A stretch of 64,000 nucleotides of DNA from a virus. A program made the position numbers and the translations under genes. The notes under the pieces are model-generated. The model searched no databases, was not told the DNA's origin, and saw nothing but the letters and a program-made list of their open reading frames with translations. Shown piece by piece: positions 1 through 9,600 of this stretch. The first letter of the stretch is position 1. Each line of letters opens with the position of its first letter. Location: positions 73,116-137,115 of IMG/VR virus record IMGVR_UViG_3300014208_000032. The stretch is one strand, 5' to 3'.

Positions 1-17
1 TTTATATACGCCACTAA

Positions 18-46
18 ATGTAGGATATGTTTTATAATAAAAAAAG
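18..46. repeat. 29-bp direct repeat, copy 1 (atgtaggatatgttttataataaaaaaag)
   Basis: Identical to 561..589; the two copies bracket the HNH gene 63..536. Confidence 0.85.
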
Positions 47-62
47 AGAAGTTTTTTGTTCT

Positions 63-536
63 TTATGGCAGTAAATTTTCTAAGGTTAAGTCAAAAATTA
101 AATCTTCTATTATTTTATTTCTTTTTAAATTATTTTCTTTTGACTCGATTATTCTTAGGTTTCCTAAATGATTACATTTCAAAAAATCAATTTTATCATT
201 CAAGTCATAGCACCATACTGGAATTATGTGATCAATTGAATACCTGTATGGATGATATAAATCTTCTATTTCTCCATCAAATGTTTTTATTAAATATTCT
301 GCCAGTATTTCTTTTTCTGGTAATAAATGTTTAAACTTTTTTGGTAATCTATTGGTTAATCTTTTTATTAAAAGATCTTCTATGCTTAGTTTTTTGTTTC
401 TATTGTGCACTTCTTCATAACAAGAAGTGCAAATTCTAATTCTTTTTTTTAAGAAATCATCATAAAAAAAATAATCCTTTTCTTTATGAATTTTACATAT
501 TCCACAAGACCAAGATGGTATTAAAACATATTTCAT
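63..536 (-). CDS. HNH-family (His-Me finger) endonuclease, free-standing homing-endonuclease type
   Basis: N-terminal CxxC...CxxC (CGIC, CTSC); YSIDHIIP...KCNHLGNLR...ENNLKRNK matches the DH...H/N...N catalytic layout; SD GAGG upstream. Confidence 0.75.
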   Translation of the reverse strand: MKYVLIPSWSCGICKIHKEKDYFFYDDFLKKRIRICTSCYEEVHNRNKKLSIEDLLIKRLTNRLPKKFKHLLPEKEILAEYLIKTFDGEIEDLYHPYRYSIDHIIPVWCYDLNDKIDFLKCNHLGNLRIIESKENNLKRNKIIEDLIFDLTLENLLP

Positions 537-560
537 TATAAACCTCTTTTTCTATGTATG

Positions 561-589
561 ATGTAGGATATGTTTTATAATAAAAAAAG
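561..589. repeat. 29-bp direct repeat, copy 2
   Basis: Identical to 18..46; lies between the dut terminator and the HNH start. Confidence 0.85.
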
Positions 590-619
590 GGAAGCAACAC
601 TAATGTATCGCTTCCCTTT
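582..619 (-). terminator. Rho-independent terminator after dUTPase
   Basis: 10-bp stem aaagggaagc/gcttcccttt followed by a U-run on the minus strand. Confidence 0.7.
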
Positions 620-647
620 CAAAAAGGAGTTATATTATTTATGCTTT

Positions 648-1130
648 TTATGTAGCACTAATTGTCCCAGAACTTCCAAATCCTTTGTCGCCTCTTTCTG
701 TCTCTGTTTCTACTTTTGTCTCACAAATCACTATAGATGGAATTTCATAAGCAATCATCTGAGCAATTTTATCATTCTTTTTGATTTTAATTGTCCATAG
801 ATTTGTATTAAGAAGAACTACTCCAATAATTCCTCGATAATTTTGATCTATGCAACCTCCCATCACATGAACACCAATTTTAAAGGCATTCCCAGAAGTA
901 TCACATATTCTCAAATAAAACTTCTTGTTAGGTTTTAGATCACTCCCTTGAAGGGATATGCCAGTTCTTACTAATCTTCTTGTTGTTTCTTTTTTAAATG
1001 AAAAGAAACTCTTAATCAATCCTGGAATTTCCATATCATGATTAGCAAAAACATCCATCCCTGCATCTGATTCGTTGTTATAACGTGGTAAAATTACATC
1101 CTCAAACTCTCTCTTAAAAAAAATATTCAT
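648..1130 (-). CDS. dut: Trimeric dUTPase
   Basis: All five motifs: DAGMD, (R/T)SG, GCIDQNYRG, IAQM, RGDKGFGSSG. Confidence 0.95.
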   Translation of the reverse strand: MNIFFKREFEDVILPRYNNESDAGMDVFANHDMEIPGLIKSFFSFKKETTRRLVRTGISLQGSDLKPNKKFYLRICDTSGNAFKIGVHVMGGCIDQNYRGIIGVVLLNTNLWTIKIKKNDKIAQMIAYEIPSIVICETKVETETERGDKGFGSSGTISAT

Positions 1131-1390
1131 TATTTCTCCTCGTGTGTTATTTCTATGTGTGTTATTTCTATACTAATTATGTTCTCTGGATTAAACCAAA
1201 CTAATTTATTTATACTATCACAGCGAACAAAACGCTGATGCTTTAAATCGTGGAACAAATTGATTAAAAATGTAGAACATTTTTCGTCTGGTGTATTTCC
1301 TTCTTGTTCTTCCCACATTATAGTAAATCCATAATTTTTATTAACTAAAAAAATGCCAATATTTGAATAGCTCTTAATTTCAAGTGCCAT
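1130..1390 (-). CDS. Hypothetical protein (86 aa)
   Basis: ORF with SD GAGGAG, coupled to dut; contains a 15-bp tandem duplication (IEITH x2). Confidence 0.6.
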   Translation of the reverse strand: MALEIKSYSNIGIFLVNKNYGFTIMWEEQEGNTPDEKCSTFLINLFHDLKHQRFVRCDSINKLVWFNPENIISIEITHIEITHEEK

Positions 1391-1423
1391 ATTTTCTCCT
1401 CTCTTTATGTTTTAAATATGACA

Positions 1424-1451
1424 TAAAAAAACCCATTCTTTCGAATGGGTT
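1424..1451 (-). terminator. Rho-independent terminator ending the tail/baseplate operon
   Basis: Stem aacccattc/gaatgggtt, GAAA loop on the minus strand, then a U7 run. Confidence 0.8.
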
Positions 1452-1472
1452 AAACTTTTTTAAATAGAGAGG

Positions 1473-2963
1473 TTATACTGTTTCGTCGAAGAATATTGTC
1501 CATCTGATTTCAATAGAAACATCTTTATCTTTAAAGATTGGCTTAATCTTCCTGTGTGCCCAAAGAGTTCCATAAGGCATTTTAGAAGGAGCATGTTTAG
1601 TTGTCAAGTTTTCTGTTCCTGTCAATGCAGTGTTACCTCCAAGAAGTTTAGCATTAACATTGGCTCCAATTCCACCAGTAGCAGCAGGAATTCCATAGAC
1701 ACCAGAAGTAGTCCAAGCAGGAATTATGGCATCATTAAACAAACCAACTTCTTTAAGAATATAGCCATTATAAGGATTATAAGCAGCAGCACCTTGAGAA
1801 ACTCCCAAACTAGATTGTTCTGCAATTTTAGCAACAAAAGTAATTTTTGTCTGTTTATTTGCAGAATATTGAGCAGCAGTTTCTGTAGCATTTTCTCCAC
1901 TACCAAGATAATTGGTAGCCATATCAAAATAAACAAACGCAGGTTGGCCAAACCCTCTAAGTCCAGAAACTAATGTAGCATCTGTAGCTAAATCAGTTGT
2001 TGTGCTAATAAATGTCGCATTAAAATCAGCTTTTGTTCCCAAAAGAATTGACTTAACTGCACCAGTCACACCAGTAGTTTGATTGTTGGATGCTGGGTTT
2101 TGAAACATATTTCCTGCTGTAGTAGCAAGAGTTCTTGTTGTTGCACCTTGATCTAAATAATTTGTTGTTAATGTTGGTTCATCAGGGAGGACTGTAGAAT
2201 AAACATCATTAAATGTTCTTGCAGGAGTAAGAAGAACGTTTGGTGTGTCCCAATCCACAGCAGAAGCTGGTTTGTAAATATTACTATAAAGGTTGGCAGT
2301 AGAAACAGTAACTGAAGTTGCTCCATTAACATAAGCAGCAGCAGCAAAATGATCATTAGAAGCTGTAACCAAAGTGGCATTATCTGCCCAAACCAATCCT
2401 AATTGATCATTAAACATCTTACCAGCTACAGTATCAGCTCCAATTCTGGCGCTTAATGTAATATCACCTGCTCCAACACCAACACCAGCATGAAATTCAA
2501 CACCAGTTCCCATTAATATTTTTGTAGGGAAAAGATGAAACAATTCTGCATTTGTGTTTGTTTCAAGAAGTCCAGTTTGAGTTGGTAGTCCAGTAAATGG
2601 ATCAGTTGCGGCCCAATATTGATTGGCAGCAGTACTTGAAACCATAGTTCCATCCCAGTTTGCTGTAACAGCTCTTCCGGAAGTTGCTCTTTTTGAAAAA
2701 TATTTATCAGCATTAGTTGCATTTGCAGCAAGAGATCCAAAATTACTAACGGATTTACCTCTGATCATATGCATTAAAGCGTGTCGTGCCCAATAGGAAA
2801 CGTGATTGGAACCTTCATCGTGATAAATTACCACACCATTTTTTTTAGCAATAACTTCAACCCAACCACGCATACCCATTGACATTTGGTCTTTGCTTTC
2901 GCTTTTCTTGCTGGCAAATTTCATTCTATCAAATGAGTCCAGGATTTTGTCTTTTAATAACAT
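1473..2963 (-). CDS. Baseplate-associated tail appendage/fibre-collar-like protein, paralog 2
   Basis: N-term GVVIYHDEGSNHV and C-term YILKEVGLFND...LWAHRKIKPIFKDKD..IEIRWTIF resemble tail-collar/fibre attachment folds; A/T/G-rich beta-type core; last gene of the baseplate operon. Confidence 0.55.
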   Translation of the reverse strand: MLLKDKILDSFDRMKFASKKSESKDQMSMGMRGWVEVIAKKNGVVIYHDEGSNHVSYWARHALMHMIRGKSVSNFGSLAANATNADKYFSKRATSGRAVTANWDGTMVSSTAANQYWAATDPFTGLPTQTGLLETNTNAELFHLFPTKILMGTGVEFHAGVGVGAGDITLSARIGADTVAGKMFNDQLGLVWADNATLVTASNDHFAAAAYVNGATSVTVSTANLYSNIYKPASAVDWDTPNVLLTPARTFNDVYSTVLPDEPTLTTNYLDQGATTRTLATTAGNMFQNPASNNQTTGVTGAVKSILLGTKADFNATFISTTTDLATDATLVSGLRGFGQPAFVYFDMATNYLGSGENATETAAQYSANKQTKITFVAKIAEQSSLGVSQGAAAYNPYNGYILKEVGLFNDAIIPAWTTSGVYGIPAATGGIGANVNAKLLGGNTALTGTENLTTKHAPSKMPYGTLWAHRKIKPIFKDKDVSIEIRWTIFFDETV

Positions 2964-3007
2964 TATTATAATCTCCTTAGTTTTCTTTAATTTAACTTGT
3001 CAATGTG

Positions 3008-4543
3008 TTAACTTTCGTCAAAGTAGATAGACCATTTCACTTCAATTTCCAAATCCCAGTCCTTATAAATTGGCCTAATTTTTCTTGCAGCCCACATTGT
3101 ACCAAATCCAGATTTCATATGTGCATGAGAACTTCCATCTAATCCATCAGTTGTTATCCAAGAATCGTCTGTTGGAGACGTATATCCCAAAAACGGATAG
3201 GCAGAAGAACCTACTTTATATCCCGTGTCTTGTCTTTTAACCAAAAAAGCATCATTAAACAAACCAATTTCTTTTAATGTATATCCATTATATGGATAAT
3301 ATTCAGTAGAGGTTGTTTGTTTTGGTAAAAGAACTGTAAATGTTATTTTTGTTTCTTTATCATTACTCTTGTTTAAGGTGGTGCCATATTCTGTTGTTCC
3401 TGGATTTGTTCCGCTAAAATTTTGTTTCCCTGCATTTTGATCTACATAAATAAAACATGGCAAACCCATCCCTCTTGATGCATCACTTTCTGTTACAAGA
3501 GTACTGATAACAGAGGTTTTTATTGCCCCAGTTATTGCAGTTGTTTGGTTATTTTTTGTTGGTGAATAATATGGAATATCATCGGATAATTCAACTTCCC
3601 AAGAATTTAACCCAATAGGATCTTTAAGTTGTGGACTAGAACTAGTGGTTGGAAAATCCGATATATTAGTTGTAAAAATATCATTAACAGTTCTAGCTTT
3701 TGTCATATAAACAGCATTGTTTGTTACAGATGTTTTATAAATTGCACTATAAGTATTTATATTTGGAACTTTTGAAGCTGTTCCAAAACTAGCAGCTAGT
3801 CCAGACGTTGCATCCATATGGCTGTTAAATGTTTCAAGATCAGTTATTACGTTACTAGTAAGATTAAATTGAGCCAGATATGGCTGTAATACTTCTTGGT
3901 TAAAATCAATAGGGCTTAATGTTGAAATGGCATCAATGTTTCCTGACGCAAGAAAAGCAGTTCTTTTATTTGAATTTAAGGTTTTATGAACAAGAGAAAG
4001 TTTTGTGTTTGTTTTGTTGGTAACATCAAATCTTTCAAACTCAACACCAGTTCCAAATAGTATTTTTGTTGGAAAATTAGAATAATAGGCATCGGTTGGC
4101 GCTGTTCCTCCATAAAAATGTTTATTTTGACTCACAAAGAAAGCTGGAGCTGGGTTTGCTGTTGTGTCATAATAAGGATCTCCAGTATACCAATAAGTTT
4201 GGCCAGAAACTAATGTAGCATCTGGATTATTGCTGCCACTTCTGGTAACCGCAGCAGACCTTTTTGAAATCGCCATTAAGTATTCGCCATCTGCAGGAAT
4301 TGCTGTAGTTAAGTAGCGACCAAATCTACTCATAGGGTTTCCTCTAATTAATTGCATAAGAGCATGTCTTGCTCCGTAAGTAACGTGATTTGGTCCCTCG
4401 TCGTGGTAAACAATTACTCCGTTTCTTTTTCCTGTGATTTCTACATAGCCACGAAGTTTTATATCCATAGCACTTGAAATTTCATTTCTATTGACAGAGT
4501 AGTTTATCCTATCAAATGATTCTAATATTTTATCTTTTAACAT
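3008..4543 (-). CDS. Baseplate-associated tail appendage/fibre-collar-like protein, paralog 1
   Basis: Clear paralog of 1473..2963 (LKDKIL.SFDR, GVIVYHDEG.NHV.Y.ARHAL, PTKIL.GTG.EF, YYPYNGY.LKE.GLFND, WA.RKI.PI.KD). Confidence 0.55.
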   Translation of the reverse strand: MLKDKILESFDRINYSVNRNEISSAMDIKLRGYVEITGKRNGVIVYHDEGPNHVTYGARHALMQLIRGNPMSRFGRYLTTAIPADGEYLMAISKRSAAVTRSGSNNPDATLVSGQTYWYTGDPYYDTTANPAPAFFVSQNKHFYGGTAPTDAYYSNFPTKILFGTGVEFERFDVTNKTNTKLSLVHKTLNSNKRTAFLASGNIDAISTLSPIDFNQEVLQPYLAQFNLTSNVITDLETFNSHMDATSGLAASFGTASKVPNINTYSAIYKTSVTNNAVYMTKARTVNDIFTTNISDFPTTSSSPQLKDPIGLNSWEVELSDDIPYYSPTKNNQTTAITGAIKTSVISTLVTESDASRGMGLPCFIYVDQNAGKQNFSGTNPGTTEYGTTLNKSNDKETKITFTVLLPKQTTSTEYYPYNGYTLKEIGLFNDAFLVKRQDTGYKVGSSAYPFLGYTSPTDDSWITTDGLDGSSHAHMKSGFGTMWAARKIRPIYKDWDLEIEVKWSIYFDES

Positions 4544-4552
4544 AATTTTTCC

Positions 4553-6670
4553 TTATACATATATGAATGGTGGAGTTTTAACAGTATTTAATTTAAAAGC
4601 AAACTTGTCTTTTAATATCACAGAATTAACTTCGCCATTATAATAAGTAAATCCATCTCCATCGACTAGCCATTCTTCAAACGTAGTTAATATGTTAAAA
4701 GTTTCAGCTCCAAACAAAAACTCGTCATTAACAAATGAAAAAGTGTTTTGTGGAAGTTCTACGTTTTCAGAAAAAGTTCCGAGCATTTTTTCTGTCTCTT
4801 CTTTTGAGATTGAAACGTATTTACTCTCAAAGAAAGAACCTATCATTTTTTCCGTTTCTTCTTTTGAAGTTGAAACGTATTTACTCTCAAAGAAAGTTCC
4901 TAATATTTGTTCTATCTCTGTTCTAACTTGAGTTTTTATTTCTGCTGAAGTTTCACTAAAGTAAATATTAATCAATTCTGATAAAGCATTATTAACTAGT
5001 TCAATTGGAGTTTCTTTAAAATTTAACATTGATTTTTCTATTGAGGTTTTAATGTTATTTTTTTCAACAGTTTGTAAAAAATTAGCCAGCATGGTTTCTG
5101 TTTCTGATCTGGAATAAGATTTACTTTCTGATAATGTTTCATTAAAATAAACATTAATCAATTCTGATAAGGCATTGCTTGTTAATTCTATAGAATTGTC
5201 TTTTAAGGTTAAGATAGAACTGTCTATAAATTCTTTAGACAATATTTTATCAAATGTTTCTTTAAATCTTACTCTCATAGTTTCATAAGAATAGCTATTT
5301 ACAATAGCATCTCGAACTGTATTAAAAATAGACAAGAAACTTTCTTTTGTTATTTCTTTCGTGTCAGCTGTTTCAATGTCTTTTGTAAATCCTTTTAGTA
5401 AATCTCCGTTATTCACTGCCTCTTGATAAGTTTCTAACCCAAAATTATAAGTTCTTTTTTCTGTTGGTGTATTATCTAATAGTAAGAATTTCCAAACATC
5501 TTCAAATGGTCTAAAATTAAATATAATATCATGTTTAACAAAAATTGGTGTAAGAAAGTCAATATATTTTTTTAACATTTCTCCATTGCTTATGTCTTGT
5601 GCGGTATAAATAGAAGTTCTTTCTTTTGTTATTTCGTAGGTTACAAAATTAGTTTTAAAGTAAATAAATCCATATCCATAATTTGCATCACTAGGAAGTA
5701 AATTGTTATTAACTGGAAGAAATAACTTATATCTTTGGGTAGGAGTTAATACAGTGGAATATAAATAATCGAAATACATTAAGTTTTGCGGAGCTACAAA
5801 ATCCTCTTCTAAAACATAATCAGTTGGTCCTAATCCTGGGGGAATAAACTCTGTTGGCCTTTGAGTTGTTAAATAATAAGTAAATTTAGTTTTATCTGTA
5901 AATCGTTTATCTGCTGGTTCAGCATAATTTATATTAAAAAATCTTTTATCAAACCAAAATTCTGTCAATTCGATTGAAAATCCAAGAAGATTAAAATACA
6001 ATTCGAATGAATAAAGAGACCCTTTCCTTCTGTAAATTTCAATTATATATTTTGAAAATTCTCTAAACCATTCGTCTGTTAAATATTCATCTCTTGTATT
6101 CCCTATCATTTCTCCTAAGTAATACATAAATTCATTTTGAACTTGTGTAATGTCATAATTTTCTGCTGCATATTCTATCATCTCAGCAAGTTTATCAAAT
6201 TCGTGCATAAACGATTTTAAAAGAAGAGTTCTTTTTTCTGCACTTTCTAATTCGTTTAAAAAATATTCTGGTAAAAATTTATGATAATTATCTTGAAAAA
6301 AAGTTCTTACAGTAACATATTTATAGGCATAAATTATTTGAACAACTAAATAAGAAACTTTAGTAGATTCCCCCAACAAAGAAGGAATAAGAGTAGTTAT
6401 CAATTCCTTTACCCTTAAAATAACTGGTTCGCTACTCGTTGACAAAGTAGTTGCGTCTCCAGATTGAATAACATCAATATCACTAATAATTATCTCAACA
6501 ATAGAATATATAAATTCAAAATACAAAACAGAATAATCAGTGGTTTCAAACTTGTCACTTTCGTTAACAATATCAGTATAATATGGATTATAACCAAACA
6601 ATACAAAAGCGGCAACAACCTCTGCTCTTGCCATTATTAATTTTGCTTTTCTATAATTGTAGGTAATCAT
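4553..6670 (-). CDS. Baseplate wedge protein, gp7/P2 gpI-like
   Basis: Follows the gp6/J-like gene; YDITQVQNEFMYYLGEMIG...IIEIYRRKGSLYSFELYFNLLGF is the typical gpI/gp7 segment; C-terminal internal repeats. Confidence 0.6.
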   Translation of the reverse strand: MITYNYRKAKLIMARAEVVAAFVLFGYNPYYTDIVNESDKFETTDYSVLYFEFIYSIVEIIISDIDVIQSGDATTLSTSSEPVILRVKELITTLIPSLLGESTKVSYLVVQIIYAYKYVTVRTFFQDNYHKFLPEYFLNELESAEKRTLLLKSFMHEFDKLAEMIEYAAENYDITQVQNEFMYYLGEMIGNTRDEYLTDEWFREFSKYIIEIYRRKGSLYSFELYFNLLGFSIELTEFWFDKRFFNINYAEPADKRFTDKTKFTYYLTTQRPTEFIPPGLGPTDYVLEEDFVAPQNLMYFDYLYSTVLTPTQRYKLFLPVNNNLLPSDANYGYGFIYFKTNFVTYEITKERTSIYTAQDISNGEMLKKYIDFLTPIFVKHDIIFNFRPFEDVWKFLLLDNTPTEKRTYNFGLETYQEAVNNGDLLKGFTKDIETADTKEITKESFLSIFNTVRDAIVNSYSYETMRVRFKETFDKILSKEFIDSSILTLKDNSIELTSNALSELINVYFNETLSESKSYSRSETETMLANFLQTVEKNNIKTSIEKSMLNFKETPIELVNNALSELINIYFSETSAEIKTQVRTEIEQILGTFFESKYVSTSKEETEKMIGSFFESKYVSISKEETEKMLGTFSENVELPQNTFSFVNDEFLFGAETFNILTTFEEWLVDGDGFTYYNGEVNSVILKDKFAFKLNTVKTPPFIYV
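4772..4905. repeat. In-frame 60-bp tandem repeat (about 2.3 copies) within the gp7-like gene
   Basis: cttttga..ttgaaacgtatttactctcaaagaaag recurs at a 60-bp period (SKEETEKM.G.FFESKYVS). Confidence 0.8.
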
Positions 6671-9600
6671 TATTTTCCTGCCATCACTTTGTAGTTAATT
6701 AAAAATCCAGCAACTTGTCTGGAAAGTTCGATAACGTTTTCACTCAGAACAAGAAGTTCGTCGAAAGTACAATCTATAAACTCTCTTAGTTTTACATCAG
6801 TAGAAACATCATTATAAGATGTTTTATAAACAAACTCTTCTTTGGGATCTTTCCCTAAATATTTAAAATCAACAAATATTACCCCATTAACCTTAATCAT
6901 TTCAGCTATGATCTCTGATTTAGATAACGAAACTCCTATTTGAGCATTCTCTAAATTATATCTTTGATAGATTGCTGCCTCTAAACTTCTTTTTACTTGA
7001 CTAACTCCAATAGAAGCAGATACATAAACATCAGCAGAAATAGTAAACGGAGTAATCACAGGTTGTTTGAATTGATTTTGTATTCCTACAATTCTGTATG
7101 GTTCTAAAAACGAATTTAATTCATCTTCATCGGTAACTACTTTATATTTTTCAAAATAAGCATCGTAGAGTTCAGAGCTAACATTAAGATCATCTCCTCT
7201 TTGTGCAGCAACTCTACGAATTAATCTATTATCCTCTACAAAATGGAAATAATTTACTCCGTCTCCAATAAGAGAAAGTGGATTGTTCGTAACAGAGAAT
7301 TTATATTGGTAATTATCATCAATCCATTCTAATTGATAATCTCCATTTACATAATAATATGTTTCATTTGCCCAAGTATTATAAACAGTAACCCCAAGAA
7401 GCAAGGAAAGAAAATCACTAGAAGCTGACTTTACAAATATAATCTTACCAACAACTCCGACATCTTTTGTTGTAAACTTAAGAACATTTGAAGTGCTGTT
7501 ATAGCTAACAACAGTGACTGGTCCATTATAAACCTGTGGAGAAAGGGAAGCGTTTAAATAAACACAAACCTTGGCAAAAAAATCATCATTATCTACCCAA
7601 ACACCGCCAAGAGTTGTTGAATTAAGAGTAAAAGAAGAGGGAGCAACTTGTGCATCAATTTGTATTTTGAATAAAAATGTCTCACCTGTTCCAATTGCCG
7701 CTAAAGAAGAAGTATCAAACTCCTTAATTGCAGGAGTTGATACAACAAGATCCATTCCGGCAATACTATAAATTGCTGGGGCTTGAATTGGATTTTGTGT
7801 TACTTTTACTATTGGTATTGAAAGAGTTTTATCAACAGTAACTTTTAATACTGCACCGACATTTCTTTCTGTTAAAATTGTGTTATAAATTAATCTTGCT
7901 GCTTCGGCTCTTGTTGCTAACAAATGATCTCCAACAAAAATTGAATCATTGTTTTCATAAACATAATTTAAATAAATTTGTGGTTGTGTTGCATTAAAAG
8001 CTCCACCTTCATAGTAAAGTTTTCCAAAAGTAGAAGAAGGTGAAAATGTATAAACGCTATTAACAAGAGAAGGAGTTCCAGAAACACTAACTGAAAGACG
8101 TTTCTGCCCATAACAGTAAAGATTTTGGTTTGAATATGTTATACCAAAAACTCTGGTATAAGCTTGATTTTCAGTGGTCTTAAATGTTATTTTAGAAGCA
8201 AAACCTTTTACTGGGCTTCTCATAACAAAATAAGTTTTACCAACAACTGACGAAGTATCAAGAGAACAAACAGAAGCATAACTAACAGTTCCTGTTGTGT
8301 AAGCTACTCCCGTAACAGTATTATCAAGAGCATAAAATAAATTAGGATTTGCTTCGATATTAACATTTGTTATTGTTACAGAAACTGGGGTTGCAATATT
8401 ATTACATCTTAATCTTAATTTCCAAACGTTAGGACTATCATCTTCTATAACAAAATAAACATTTCCAGCAAGAGTTGGTTCCAAAGAAATTAAATAGTTT
8501 AATTTATCTGCAACAATAAACCATCTTTGATCATAACCAGTATTTATTGTAAAAGTAGTAGGAACACCATCAAGAATTATTTCTACACCGTAAACTGTGT
8601 TTTCAATATTTTCAATGGAAGTAATAAACGAGGTTGGAGAAGAAATAGTATAACTAAATTGATAATAGGGATAAGTGGTTTCTGAATAAAGATTATCAAA
8701 TAAATAATTAAGAACCTGAACGAATCCTTTTTTTAAAGCATCATGTGCAGGATTAGTAGGATCTGCAGTTCCCAGTGGGATACTCCAAGTAAATCCACCA
8801 TTAACATCAATCATATTTGTTGGTCCACTGCCAGTAAAAGCAGCAGTCCTAAAATCTATTAAAACGTCTGCGTCAATAGAATCCAAATTAATGAGAAGAT
8901 TTTGTGCAACTATTCCTATATCAATACTTGAGTTTAACAACCTATCTGTAATATCTAATCTATATTCTGCAAATATATCTTCAAACATCTCATAATAACC
9001 TCTATCCAGAAAATCATCCGCCTTAATGAATGTTTTGTCAGAATCTGGTAATATTTGATAGCTTGAGTTTTCATATTCTACTCTTTTTTTAGCTCCAACT
9101 GTTGTCATGACGTTAATATTAGAAAAAGAAAATTTAACATCTAAGTTTCTATTGTCAATTGTCAATGCTTCGCCAGCATACCCAACTGGTAATGTGTAAA
9201 CATTATCCTTGAATTCAAGCGGTGTATCAAGGACATAATAATTTTTAAGAGTTCTCGTATTTCCATAACCAAAATTAACTGGAGCGGCAGAAGAATATTT
9301 TAGATAAGTATCTGGTGTTAATTGAACTCCTAATTCACCTTTTCTAAAATAGTATTCTCCATTAAAGTGATTTTGTAGATTTGTTGTTAACCATTCAAAA
9401 GAGGAGTATTGAGAAGGAAGTAAGGTTTCCCAGTTTGGTTTTTTCATAAGAACAAAATTCCAAACATCCATTGGGTTTGGGTAAAATCCATAGCGTTCTT
9501 CAAAATCAGGCGGTAGGTTAAATTGCCCGTAAGATTTTGATTTGATTACGTTTGGATTTGTTCCAATAATTGTTTCATAATCTTCTACAGTAACAAGACG

